The position numbers and the translations under genes are program-made. A DNA stretch of 64,000 bases from Faecousia sp. (GTDB lineage: Bacteria > Bacillota > Clostridia > Oscillospirales > Oscillospiraceae), in the NCBI GenBank assembly GCA_045630825.1, contig JAZQTN010000031.1:40118-104117 (forward strand), read 5' to 3'. Numbering within the stretch: the stretch's first letter is position 1; each line of letters starts with the position of its first letter. Shown piece after piece: positions 50,884 to 60,216 of this stretch. Below the pieces are notes generated by a model. That model saw only the letters and a program-made list of their open reading frames with translations. It was not told where the DNA came from and made no database searches.

Positions 50884-52509
50884 TCATAGCGAAGTTAATA
50901 TTTCCACAGTCTGCTGAACGGTTTTCTTGCCGAAATACACATCCTTGTCATTGATAACCATACACGGCACACTCATTACTCTGTGTTGTTTCTTTAGTCC
51001 CTCAAAATGACGGATATCATACACATGAGCAGTAATATTGGTGCTTTGCGCGGCAATTCGCTGTGCCGCCACCACCAGATCCGGGCACATAGTACAGGAC
51101 AGGGTTACTAGGATCTTAATATCCATAGTTTTTGCAACTGCGGTAATTTTTTGTCTTGTGTCCTCGTCAATGGCTTGCCCAGGACCTGCGGCATTATAAA
51201 GGCCCAGCACAAAAGAGGTGAACTCATGGCCGCCGGGAACGCCGTGAAAAGCAAGGCCTGTAGGCGTGCCGTCCACTTGACACACTTCCACGCAGGGTGC
51301 AAAATCTTCCTCTGCCCGTCTGTCACACACCTCCAACTCCAGCTTATCAGAAAGCGCCACGAGGGCAGTTATAAAGCTTTCCAACTCCGCAGAAATCGGG
51401 CGGCTGTCCAACGAGAGTTTCAGTAGAAGCGGTCTTTCCATTCGGGTGAATACGGTGTCCAGCTGCTGCCGCATTTGGGCTGTGAACAATTCGTCGGAAT
51501 CCTCAGACTCATGGACATCGACAGCAATAGTCGCTTCGCTCTGCTTTGGGACAAGCACATCGGCACGTAGGCCGGTCTTCCTCTGCATAGCTGCCACATA
51601 CTTCTCCAACTCTGTCGCTGCCAAAGCACCATCAGCGGTAGCAGTTACAACTTGCCGTAAGGGCTTAATACACACATCTCCCGCAGCATATACACCATCT
51701 GCGCTTGTCTTCTGAGATGCGTCTGTGACGATATAACCTTGTTCATTCAGTTCCACGATACCCTTAACAGCTTCTGTTGCCGGAGCGTACCCAGCAAAGA
51801 CAAACACGCCGAAGGATTCGTCGCTCTTATATTCCGTCACCTCACCGGTGACGGTATTTTTATACCGGGCATAAGTCAATCCGTTGTCACCGGATACTTC
51901 TTCCATCACAGTGTTGGTCAACACTGTGATCTTCTCGTGATTCTTCGCCTGATCAGCCACAGATGCAGCGCAAGAGAAATCATCTCTGCGAATCAAAATT
52001 GTCACATGCCGAGCAAACTTCGTCAGGAATACGCTTTCCTCCGCCGCCGCATAGCCACCGCCCACAACGAAAATCTCTTTCCCGGTAAAGAATTCCCCGT
52101 CGCAGGTGGCGCAGTAGGCAACACCTCGACCCTTGTGCTCTTCCTCGCCTTTGAATCCAACCATTCTTGGGTGAGCACCGGCTGCCAGCAGGATGCCAAA
52201 GCACCGGTAATCCCCCTTATTGGTGTGTACCGTCTTGATATCTCTGGCAAGGTCAAAGCCAGTGGCTTCCGCAAGCATAAATTCCGCGCCAAAACTCTCC
52301 GCCTGTTGCTGAATGGTATCGGTCAAGGCTTTACCGCTGGTTTTGGCGATGCCGGGGTAGTTCACCACTTCGTGCGTAATGGAAATTTGACCACCAAACT
52401 GTTCCTTTTCCAGCACCAGTACCCGGTATTTGGCCCTGGCAAGGTACAGTGCGGCGGTGAGCCCCGCAGGCCCGCCGCCGACAATGACTACATCGTACAG
52501 ATTCTCCAT
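50884..52509 (-). CDS. Thioredoxin reductase fused to an AhpF-like thioredoxin domain (peroxiredoxin reductase)
   Basis: GGGPAG, CATCDG, GGGYAAAEE; C-terminal GVPGGHEFTSF and CTMC. Confidence 0.9.
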   Translation of the reverse strand: MENLYDVVIVGGGPAGLTAALYLARAKYRVLVLEKEQFGGQISITHEVVNYPGIAKTSGKALTDTIQQQAESFGAEFMLAEATGFDLARDIKTVHTNKGDYRCFGILLAAGAHPRMVGFKGEEEHKGRGVAYCATCDGEFFTGKEIFVVGGGYAAAEESVFLTKFARHVTILIRRDDFSCAASVADQAKNHEKITVLTNTVMEEVSGDNGLTYARYKNTVTGEVTEYKSDESFGVFVFAGYAPATEAVKGIVELNEQGYIVTDASQKTSADGVYAAGDVCIKPLRQVVTATADGALAATELEKYVAAMQRKTGLRADVLVPKQSEATIAVDVHESEDSDELFTAQMRQQLDTVFTRMERPLLLKLSLDSRPISAELESFITALVALSDKLELEVCDRRAEEDFAPCVEVCQVDGTPTGLAFHGVPGGHEFTSFVLGLYNAAGPGQAIDEDTRQKITAVAKTMDIKILVTLSCTMCPDLVVAAQRIAAQSTNITAHVYDIRHFEGLKKQHRVMSVPCMVINDKDVYFGKKTVQQTVEILTSL

Positions 52510-53072
52510 CAGAGCTGACCGACCAGATCCAGGCTGGGCTTCAGAGTTTCGGCACCGGGCTTCCAGTTGGCAGGACAGACCTGATCACCGTGGGCGTGGA
52601 CAAACTGACAGGCTTGGACTTTACGAAGCAGCTCCTCTGCATTTCTGCCCACATTGCCGGCGGTTACCTCGTAGCCCACGATTTTCCCCTCGGGGTTGAT
52701 AATAAAGGTACCACGCTCCGCAAGGCCGTCCGCCTCGATCAACACCTCAAAATCCTTGGAAATACTGTGAGTGGGGTCTGCCAGCATAGGATAATTGATC
52801 TTCTTGATGCGCTCGGATGCATCGTGCCAGGCCTTGTGAACAAAATGAGTATCGGTCGAAACGGAATAGACCTCGCAACCAATGGCACGGAACTGGTCAT
52901 ATTTGTCCGCCAAATCCTCCAGCTCAGTAGGACACACAAAGGTAAAGTCCGCCGGATAGAAGAAAAAAACACTCCACTTACCAAGGATATCTTCCTTGCT
53001 TACAAACTTAAAGTCATTTTCGTGATAGGCATAGGTGCGGAAATCGGAAATTTCCTTGTTAATCATAGACAT
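52509..53072 (-). CDS. ahpC: Alkyl hydroperoxide reductase subunit C (2-Cys peroxiredoxin)
   Basis: FYPADFTFVCPTE and VCPANW; start ATG 53072. Confidence 0.96.
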   Translation of the reverse strand: MSMINKEISDFRTYAYHENDFKFVSKEDILGKWSVFFFYPADFTFVCPTELEDLADKYDQFRAIGCEVYSVSTDTHFVHKAWHDASERIKKINYPMLADPTHSISKDFEVLIEADGLAERGTFIINPEGKIVGYEVTAGNVGRNAEELLRKVQACQFVHAHGDQVCPANWKPGAETLKPSLDLVGQL

Positions 53073-53074
53073 AC

Positions 53075-53452
53075 TTACTTCCTCCATAAATCATGCTGAT
53101 TGCAAAATGCGTATACTGCCCGGACTTCGTCCCCATCGCAGATGGAAAATTTGGCCTTGGGCTTGTCATCCGGGTCCAGAAGGGCATATTGAATGCCGTG
53201 TTTTGTTTCCAGGCACACCCATTCAATATAGTGTTCCTTTGTCATAGGGTGTTGCGCTGCACCCACCGTTACATGGACAGTATTTCCCTCCTGCTGGTAT
53301 ACAGGAATGTGTTTTTCTCCGGAGCCTTCCGTCGCACCCGGAATCAGCTCCTGCATTTTTTCGCCGCAACAGTAGACCGGAACACCTTTATCCCGAATCA
53401 TAGCCACAATATTGCCGCAATGTTTACAAACGAAAAATTTTTGCTTCATCAT
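53075..53452 (-). CDS. Desulfoferrodoxin (superoxide reductase)
   Basis: CKHC..CC N-terminal site; EKHIP, HPM..EHYIEW, CNQH active-site ligands. Confidence 0.92.
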   Translation of the reverse strand: MMKQKFFVCKHCGNIVAMIRDKGVPVYCCGEKMQELIPGATEGSGEKHIPVYQQEGNTVHVTVGAAQHPMTKEHYIEWVCLETKHGIQYALLDPDDKPKAKFSICDGDEVRAVYAFCNQHDLWRK

Positions 53453-53469
53453 TTATTCCCCCCTATGAA

Positions 53470-53519
53470 AAGTGTGTCCAAATTAAATGCAATAATGCAA
53501 CTTTCTTCTGGACATACTA
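53470..53519. promoter_or_regulatory. Back-to-back sigmaG/sigmaF-like promoters
   Basis: + strand: CAATA-18 bp-CATACTA (GGACATACTA). - strand: GCATT-17 bp-CACACTT (GGACACACTT). No good TTGACA/TATAAT pair in the 85-bp gap. Confidence 0.55.
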
Positions 53520-53537
53520 TCCGCAAGAGGAAGTGAA

Positions 53538-54944
53538 ATGACGATGCAATTTATTTCTTATAAAAAAGGATTTGTTCCCTATGCTTTGGCTGCTCTGTTA
53601 ATCGGTTTAGTTGGCGGCTTTTCCACAGTTTTAGGCCCAGCTTTTGTGCAGGACATTGGTATTGCCTATAACAACACCACCTGGACAGCCCTGGCCCAGG
53701 CCATGTCCACCGCCGCCTGTGCACCGATCCTTGGCAAGGTAGGTGACGTGATCGGGCGCAGGAAAACTTTACTTTTAGGCATTGCGGTATTTACCTTGGG
53801 CAATATCTTGTCCGCCCTTGCAAACTCTCTTGCATTTATGCTAATCGCCCGGTTTTTTGTGGGTATCGGCACAGCGGCAATGGGCCCTGTGATCCTTGCC
53901 TATATTGCGACTGAGTTTCCTCCGGATAAAATCGCAAAGGGATTTTCGCTGTATATGCTACTTTCCAGTGCATCCGTCATTATCGGGCCAACCATTGGCG
54001 GCTTGATCGTTTCATCTTACGGATGGAGGACAATGCTATGGGTATGCGTTGTCATTTGCTCCGTTATTTTTGTTGGCTGCGTTCTCACGTTCCGCAATCA
54101 AGTCTCCATGACGCAGCCACTGCAAGACTTTGATATCTACGGCGCTGTTTTGATTTTGATTTTCTTCAGTCTGTTGCTATGCGTTCCATCCTTTGGGCAG
54201 AACATTGGCTGGACATCCACCCCATTTCTTATTGTGCTGGTTCTTGCCATCGTTAGTCTGGTTGGTCTTCTTTTGGCAGAAAGAAAAAGCGCCCATCCCA
54301 TTTTATCCAGCGGCTTTATGGGGCGCAGCGCTTTTATCCTAAGTATACTGGCGCTGTTTCTGACCCAGGGATTGATGCAAGTCAACATGACCAATACCAT
54401 CGTTTTTGTCAATTACACCCAGCCGGATAACACAGCCATTTCCGGCTATGCCATCTCGGTCATGTACGTGGGTATGTCTTTGGGAGCAATCATTTTGGGA
54501 CCGCTGGCAGATAAATTTGAACCGAAAAGAGTTCTGGTTGGTTCCTTCCTGCTGACAGGGATTGGGTGCGGTATCTTGCTGTTATTCACAGAGGTTACTT
54601 CTGTATTGCTGCTGATGGCGGCCCTTGGAGTCCTTGGCTTCGGTCTGGGCGGAAACGGGACTATTTTTATGAAAGTGGTTCTCTATGGTTTGACACCGCA
54701 GGAGGCGGGAGCAGGAACCGGAACCTATGGCCTGTTCCGCGATCTGGCCGCACCGTTCGGTGTAGCCGTTTTTGTCCCCTTATTTACCAATCAAATTACA
54801 GACAGAATTGCAGTGGGTACAGTGGAAACATCAGCGGCAGTTGCATCCATCCATTTTCTGGCAATAGCGGAGATTCTGTGCGTCACATTGGGCATTGTGG
54901 CGGTTGCCTTTCTGCCAAAACGAAAAGTTATTAAGGAGTTCTAA
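53538..54944 (+). CDS. baiG: BaiG-like bile acid MFS transporter
   Basis: YKKGFVP.A.AALL..L.GGF..VLGPAFV.D.GI.YNNTTW closely follows the recalled C. scindens BaiG N-terminus; GDVIGRR MFS motif. Confidence 0.8.
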   Translation: MTMQFISYKKGFVPYALAALLIGLVGGFSTVLGPAFVQDIGIAYNNTTWTALAQAMSTAACAPILGKVGDVIGRRKTLLLGIAVFTLGNILSALANSLAFMLIARFFVGIGTAAMGPVILAYIATEFPPDKIAKGFSLYMLLSSASVIIGPTIGGLIVSSYGWRTMLWVCVVICSVIFVGCVLTFRNQVSMTQPLQDFDIYGAVLILIFFSLLLCVPSFGQNIGWTSTPFLIVLVLAIVSLVGLLLAERKSAHPILSSGFMGRSAFILSILALFLTQGLMQVNMTNTIVFVNYTQPDNTAISGYAISVMYVGMSLGAIILGPLADKFEPKRVLVGSFLLTGIGCGILLLFTEVTSVLLLMAALGVLGFGLGGNGTIFMKVVLYGLTPQEAGAGTGTYGLFRDLAAPFGVAVFVPLFTNQITDRIAVGTVETSAAVASIHFLAIAEILCVTLGIVAVAFLPKRKVIKEF

Positions 54945-54945
54945 T

Positions 54946-55728
54946 ATGAGATTAAAAGATAAAGTCATTCTGGTTACCGCCTCCACCAGGGGAATTGGCC
55001 TGGCTATTGTGAAGAAATGCGCCCAAGAAGGTGCTAAGGTTTTTATGGCTGCCCGGGATATGGAACGGGCGCAGGAAATTGCAAACTCCCTGAACGGCAC
55101 GAAATGCGTATACAATGACGCTACTAAGCCGGAAACCTTCACCACCATGGTTGAAGACGTAGTGCGGGATACCGGTCGCATTGATGTTTTGGTCAATAAT
55201 TTTGGAACATCCAATCCCGGGAAGGACTTGGATTTCGCCAATACGGATCCGCAGATCTTTCTGGACACAATAAACCTAAATCTGAGAAGCGTCTTTATGG
55301 CAAGTCAAGCTGTTGCCAATCATATGGCAAAACAAGGCGGCAGTATCATCAACATTTCCTCTGTTGGCGGTCTTGTGCCGGACATTTCTCAGGTAGCCTA
55401 CGGCACCAGCAAAGCTGCCATCAATTATCTAACCAAACTCATCGCTGTTCAGGAGGCAAAGCACCATATCCGATGCAATGCCGTCCTTCCCGGTATGACC
55501 GCAACGGAAGCAGTGGAAAAGCACCTATCCGGTGATTTTCAGAATTTATTTGTGAAGCATATTCCTTTTGGCCGCATGGGTATGCCCGAGGAAATTGCAG
55601 AAGCAGTATGTTATTTCGCCAGCGACGCATCTGCGTATACTACCGGTCAGATCCTCACCGTTTCCGGTGGTTTTGGTCTGGGGACACCGGTTTACGGCGA
55701 TATAATTACCGGCACAGCGAAACGTTGA
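54946..55728 (+). CDS. NADP-dependent 7-alpha-hydroxysteroid dehydrogenase
   Basis: ATG 54946. MRLKDKVILVTASTRGIGLAI, VNNFG.SNP.KDL, YGTSKAAINYLTKLIAV and TTGQILTVSGGFGL match the recalled C. scindens VPI 12708 7a-HSDH. Confidence 0.88.
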   Translation: MRLKDKVILVTASTRGIGLAIVKKCAQEGAKVFMAARDMERAQEIANSLNGTKCVYNDATKPETFTTMVEDVVRDTGRIDVLVNNFGTSNPGKDLDFANTDPQIFLDTINLNLRSVFMASQAVANHMAKQGGSIINISSVGGLVPDISQVAYGTSKAAINYLTKLIAVQEAKHHIRCNAVLPGMTATEAVEKHLSGDFQNLFVKHIPFGRMGMPEEIAEAVCYFASDASAYTTGQILTVSGGFGLGTPVYGDIITGTAKR

Positions 55729-55786
55729 TGCAACCTAAAAATCCAGCACTGATTTGCGAAGGTACAAGTCAGTGCAGTTACTTATT

Positions 55787-55998
55787 ATGTCAATCAAAGT
55801 AATCTACGCAAGATTCCAAGCCGTACTCAGACAGAGCAATCTATTGAAGGTCAGTTAAAGGTTTGCTATGAATACGCCAAGGCGCATGGTTTCAATATAA
55901 TCTAAGAATTCCTTGACCGGCCACAGAGAGGTACCAATGACAATCGTTCCTAATTTCAGTGAATGACAAATGACGGTATGCAACAACTTCCAAGGCGT
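55787..55998 (+). pseudogene. Degenerate N-terminus of a large serine recombinase
   Basis: Own translation: MSIKVIYARF / frameshift / SRTQTEQSIEGQLKVCYEYAKAHGFNII*EFLDRPQRGTNDNRS*FQ*M, i.e. the YARxS..Q...SI..Q and SG....RP.F motifs with stops. Confidence 0.8.
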
Positions 55999-56028
55999 TA
56001 TGTCTCAGATCATTGATGATGAATCATT

Positions 56029-56058
56029 AAAAAACGCCGCCCGTTTGGGCGGCATTTT
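56029..56058. terminator. Intrinsic terminator
   Basis: AAAAAACGCCGCCC-GTTT-GGGCGGCATTTT. Confidence 0.7.
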
Positions 56059-56108
56059 ATGTGGCGAAATCAATCGGAAGGGCAACTGTGAAATACGGTT
56101 GAAATAAT

Positions 56109-56804
56109 CTATCTCCTTGCAAACGGACCCAAGCTCTTGTGAAACGTCTCCATCTCCCCTGCCAGGACTTTTTTAACAAAGTCTTGCTCGTCGATGACTG
56201 GCGTTTTTGAGCACATACCGCCGCGCTGGCCGTGAGGTTCCTTACCGTGAACATCACTGCCTGCAAAATGCAGTAAATTGTAATTATCGGCATACCATAG
56301 CGCCATTTCGTTTTCAAATGCAGAGCGATTGCTGTTATAAATTTCAACACCATGAACACTGCGGGGATACAACCGAATGTGGTCGATCGATCCTGCCTCT
56401 CTGAACGGATGGGCGTGAATTACCAGTGCGCCCTCTTGTTGCACTAACGCCAGGAAATCCTTGATGGGCATTCCGTCAATCGCAGGGTGATTGAGATACC
56501 AATTCTTATCCAATCCGTAGATCAAAAAATCTGTCTTTTGATAGGATATCTCCACACCAGAAAAAACAGACAGACCCACTTCCCTGCCGGCCTGCAGACC
56601 GTCTTCATAGTCCTTAAAGTAAAGCTGAATTTGCTGTTCATAGGGCAATGCACGCAGCTCCGGAATGTCATCGTCAAGGAAATGATTCGTAATAAAGACA
56701 CCGGCATATCCGGCATCCTTGTAGTATCTAACCACTTCAGCGGCGCTCCACCTGGCACAACCGCTGGCAGGGCTGGTATGAAGATGTGTTTCATAATGGT
56801 ACAT
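56109..56804 (-). CDS. PHP-domain protein
   Basis: ATG 56804; YETHLHT, ITNH, HAHPFR, AGSDVH. Confidence 0.88.
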   Translation of the reverse strand: MYHYETHLHTSPASGCARWSAAEVVRYYKDAGYAGVFITNHFLDDDIPELRALPYEQQIQLYFKDYEDGLQAGREVGLSVFSGVEISYQKTDFLIYGLDKNWYLNHPAIDGMPIKDFLALVQQEGALVIHAHPFREAGSIDHIRLYPRSVHGVEIYNSNRSAFENEMALWYADNYNLLHFAGSDVHGKEPHGQRGGMCSKTPVIDEQDFVKKVLAGEMETFHKSLGPFARR

Positions 56805-56928
56805 AGTATCACCCTGTCTCAAAATAACCCAATTTTTCTGCTGTGTCAATGGATTTTTCCCATTTTGGGTATTGAAGATTTGGCTTACAGGTAATATAGT
56901 AATACTATTAAAGGAAAGAAGGTTGCGT

Positions 56929-57852
56929 ATGTATTGGATTATCCTCGGCGTTGTACTGGCCGCAGTACTGCTCTTGAGCCACTATACCTACCGAATTTGC
57001 TTCCGCGTTGCTAAGAATCATTTCGAGGACCCTTATATGAAATCAGACGATCCCCAGTATCAGGCTGTCCAACATCTAATGGACAAAAGCACAGGGATAA
57101 TGGAGAGTACTGAGTGCGAGGAAGTTTGTATCAAAGCCCACGATGGTTTATCGCTCCACGGCAGATTCTACGATGTTGCCAAAGATGCGCCGGTAATCAT
57201 CGCCTTCCACGGCTATCGCAGCGCCGCTCTCCGGGACAGCGCAGGCGGTTTCTCTCTAGGACTGAAGCTGGGCTATAATGTTTTAGCTGTTGACCAGAGA
57301 GCCCACGGAAAAAGCGGTGGAAGAGTCATCAGCTTCGGCATTCGTGAACGGTATGACTGCCTGAAATGGATTGAATATGTGAGTCAGCGACTTGGCAAAG
57401 ATACGCCCATCATTTTGTGCGGAATATCTATGGGTGCATCCACCGTGTTGATGAGCGCTTCTCTGAATTTACCTAAGAATGTTCGTGGAATTATGGCTGA
57501 CTGCCCCTATTCCTCCCCTTCCGCTATTATCCGTAAAGTGTGTAAAGATGTTGGTTATCCGCCTGCTCTGGCATATCCTTTCCTTTGGCTTGGTGCGCTG
57601 ATCTACGGTGGTTTCCGGCTGGATAGCTGTGATGCGGTTGCTGCTGTAATGAACACGGATGTTCCGATCATTCTGATTCACGGTGCCGATGATCACTTTG
57701 TTCCTTGCGAAATGAGTAAAAAGATCTATGAAAACTGCGCTGACCACGCGCAGCTTCATATCTTCCCCGGCGCAGGCCACGGCCTAAGCTATATTATTGA
57801 CCATCTTCGCTACGAGGAAATTTGTCTGACATTTCTAAGAGAGGTTATTTGA
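56929..57852 (+). CDS. Membrane-anchored alpha/beta hydrolase
   Basis: ATG 56929; HGY, DQRAHG.S, GISMG, HGADD, GAGH. Confidence 0.9.
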   Translation: MYWIILGVVLAAVLLLSHYTYRICFRVAKNHFEDPYMKSDDPQYQAVQHLMDKSTGIMESTECEEVCIKAHDGLSLHGRFYDVAKDAPVIIAFHGYRSAALRDSAGGFSLGLKLGYNVLAVDQRAHGKSGGRVISFGIRERYDCLKWIEYVSQRLGKDTPIILCGISMGASTVLMSASLNLPKNVRGIMADCPYSSPSAIIRKVCKDVGYPPALAYPFLWLGALIYGGFRLDSCDAVAAVMNTDVPIILIHGADDHFVPCEMSKKIYENCADHAQLHIFPGAGHGLSYIIDHLRYEEICLTFLREVI

Positions 57853-57908
57853 CAAGAAAAAGTGTAGATGCTATACTGTAATTGAAATCATAAATTGGAG
57901 GTCTGGCT

Positions 57909-58508
57909 ATGAAAAAGAATATCATTACCATCAGTCGTCAGTTTGGCAGCGGCGGTCGCACCGTTGGCCGTATGGTTGCGGAAAAGCTGGGAATCCCCTT
58001 TTATGATAAGGAACTTGTAGATCAGATCTCGCTGGAATCCGGTTTTGCCCCTAAATACGTTGAAGAGCACGGTGAGCACGCTCCGGGCAAGACATTGTTC
58101 TCCTACGCTTTTGCGCCGCAGGGTATGCCGGGCGTTATGAACGGAATGTCTACTGCTGATTTCCTCTGGCACATTCAGTGCAGTACGATTCTGCAACTGG
58201 CGGAAGCCGGTCCTTGTGTTATCGTAGGCAGAAATGCAGACTACATCCTTAAGGACAGAGCAGATGCCTTCCACGCCTATATTCATGCCGATATGGAGCA
58301 ACGCGCAGACCGCATCGTTCGCCTTTATGGCGAATCTGAAAAGAGTCCCGAAGCAAGACTGCAGGAAAAAGATAAGCGCCGTGCACTGAACTATCAGCAC
58401 TACACCGGCCGCAACTGGGGCGCTGCAGAGAATTACGATATCTGCCTGAACACCGGAAAGATTGGTATCGAAGCTGCCGTAGATGCCATTGTCGCACTTG
58501 TAAAATAG
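57909..58508 (+). CDS. Cytidylate kinase-like family protein
   Basis: ITISRQFGSGG, CVIVGRNADYIL, DKRR. Confidence 0.88.
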   Translation: MKKNIITISRQFGSGGRTVGRMVAEKLGIPFYDKELVDQISLESGFAPKYVEEHGEHAPGKTLFSYAFAPQGMPGVMNGMSTADFLWHIQCSTILQLAEAGPCVIVGRNADYILKDRADAFHAYIHADMEQRADRIVRLYGESEKSPEARLQEKDKRRALNYQHYTGRNWGAAENYDICLNTGKIGIEAAVDAIVALVK

Positions 58509-58516
58509 CAAAATAA

Positions 58517-58546
58517 ACTCCCGAAATGTTAAGCATTTCGGGAGCT
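58517..58546. terminator. Bidirectional terminator
   Basis: CTCCCGAAATG-TTAAG-CATTTCGGGAG. Confidence 0.75.
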
Positions 58547-58551
58547 TTATA

Positions 58552-59094
58552 TTATTGTCTTAATTTTTTCTCTTCAAAGCTCATCATCAAGCAGGCAAGA
58601 GCTGCCAGTGTAAGCGATGCGGAGATTTCATAAACATAGGAAATCAATCCACCGCCAAGTCCAAAAATGACCAGACGGAAGAAGATCGCTACAGGGAAAA
58701 CGAAAACCGCAGGTTGCTTACCGGGCAGATAGCCACCGGCGCTGGCTACGAGGATCAGTGCAGACAGTGGATACCAAATGACCGCCAGAATGATTCTGAG
58801 GATACTGCCGGATCCAAATGTACCGAAAAACAGGAACAGGCAGAACAGCAGGCCAATTATGGCATATAAGCCAGGTGCGTTCCATTTCATAAACCGAATC
58901 AGAACAATGTAACCAGCCATCAGAATCAGAGGCAGGAACAAACAGAAGACTGCCTCCAAAAAGCCGATGGCGGAAAGACCAATCAGGCCAAAATAGTATA
59001 CAGCAAGGGAGAACAAAGCGCCGGCTATACATAACAGGGATGTATTTGTCCATTCCCCCTCTAGGTTCATAATGCAGCGGTTATACTGTTTCAT
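58552..59094 (-). CDS. Hypothetical multi-TM membrane protein
   Basis: 180 aa, about six hydrophobic segments; follows ispA. Confidence 0.75.
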   Translation of the reverse strand: MKQYNRCIMNLEGEWTNTSLLCIAGALFSLAVYYFGLIGLSAIGFLEAVFCLFLPLILMAGYIVLIRFMKWNAPGLYAIIGLLFCLFLFFGTFGSGSILRIILAVIWYPLSALILVASAGGYLPGKQPAVFVFPVAIFFRLVIFGLGGGLISYVYEISASLTLAALACLMMSFEEKKLRQ

Positions 59095-59117
59095 TTCTAT
59101 GGTTCACCCCCGAATTC

Positions 59118-59993
59118 TCAGTTTCTTCTGGCGGTCAAGCTGTCTGCCAATTCCGGCAGCAGGCCGGGATCATCAAAGACCTCCAATGCTGCCAGCGCAA
59201 CCTCGGTATATTTGTGTACCAGTTCTTCACATTTCTCCAGACCGTACAACTGAACAAAAGTATTCTTCTCGGCATCTGTGCCAACACCCTTGCCCATTTC
59301 ATCCTTTGTTCCAATTACATCCAGCATATCGTCCCTGATCTGGAAAGCAATGCCCAACGCTCCAGCAAAGCTGGCTGCAGCATCGATTTGCTCTTCTGAA
59401 CCACCGGCAGCAATGACACCAAGAACACAGGCTGCGTTGATGAGCGCACCTGTCTTGCGGGATTGGATGTTGAGAATCTCAGGCTCTGTGCATTCGCGTT
59501 CTTCACTTTGGATATCCAGAACCTGTCCGCCAACCATACCCAGAGAGCCGGCACATTCACTCAGCACGCTGATGGCAAAAGCCATATCCTGAGGCTGCGG
59601 TAGCTGAGCAGTAGATGCCACAGCAAAAGCATCTGTCAACAGCGCATCGCCTGCAAGGATCGCCATTGCCTCGCCGTAGACCTTATGATTGGTGAGTCTA
59701 CCACGGCGGAGATCGTCATTATCCATGCTAGGAAGATCATCGTGGATCAGACTGTAAGTATGGATCATCTCAACAGCGGCGGCAAAGGGGGCTGCGATCT
59801 TCCAATCTGCACCACAGATACGGCAGAATTCAAAAGCTAAGGTAGGTCTCAACCGCTTGCCGCCGGCCAGCAAGCTATATTCCATAGACTCGAAAAGGGT
59901 CTTTTGTGGCTCGTTGTGGAACCGGGTATACCAATCCTGAAGATAATTTTCAATATATGCGCGGTACTGCGCAGTCTGCTCGTTAAGCCTCAT
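59118..59993 (-). CDS. ispA: Farnesyl diphosphate synthase
   Basis: GGKRLRP, SLIHDDLPSMDNDD, FQIRDD; start approximate. Confidence 0.95.
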   Translation of the reverse strand: MRLNEQTAQYRAYIENYLQDWYTRFHNEPQKTLFESMEYSLLAGGKRLRPTLAFEFCRICGADWKIAAPFAAAVEMIHTYSLIHDDLPSMDNDDLRRGRLTNHKVYGEAMAILAGDALLTDAFAVASTAQLPQPQDMAFAISVLSECAGSLGMVGGQVLDIQSEERECTEPEILNIQSRKTGALINAACVLGVIAAGGSEEQIDAAASFAGALGIAFQIRDDMLDVIGTKDEMGKGVGTDAEKNTFVQLYGLEKCEELVHKYTEVALAALEVFDDPGLLPELADSLTARRN

Positions 59994-60216
59994 CGGCAAA
60001 TTCCTCCATCTGAGGGCTTCCATTAGCCCCAGCGGTTACTTTTTTAATCTGAAGCTCAGCATCATCCAAAAGCTTTCCGCAGCTTCTGACGAGCTCTGTG
60101 CCTTCCTGGAACAGTTTCAGACTCTCATCCAGAGCAATATCGCCACGTTCCATCGCGCGGACGATCTGCTCCAGGCGCTGCATAGACTGCTCAAAGGTCA
60201 TATTCTTATCATTCAT
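59983..60216 (-). CDS. xseB: Exonuclease VII small subunit
   Basis: FEQSMQRLEQIV, LDESLKLFQEG. Confidence 0.93.
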   Translation of the reverse strand: MNDKNMTFEQSMQRLEQIVRAMERGDIALDESLKLFQEGTELVRSCGKLLDDAELQIKKVTAGANGSPQMEEFADEA

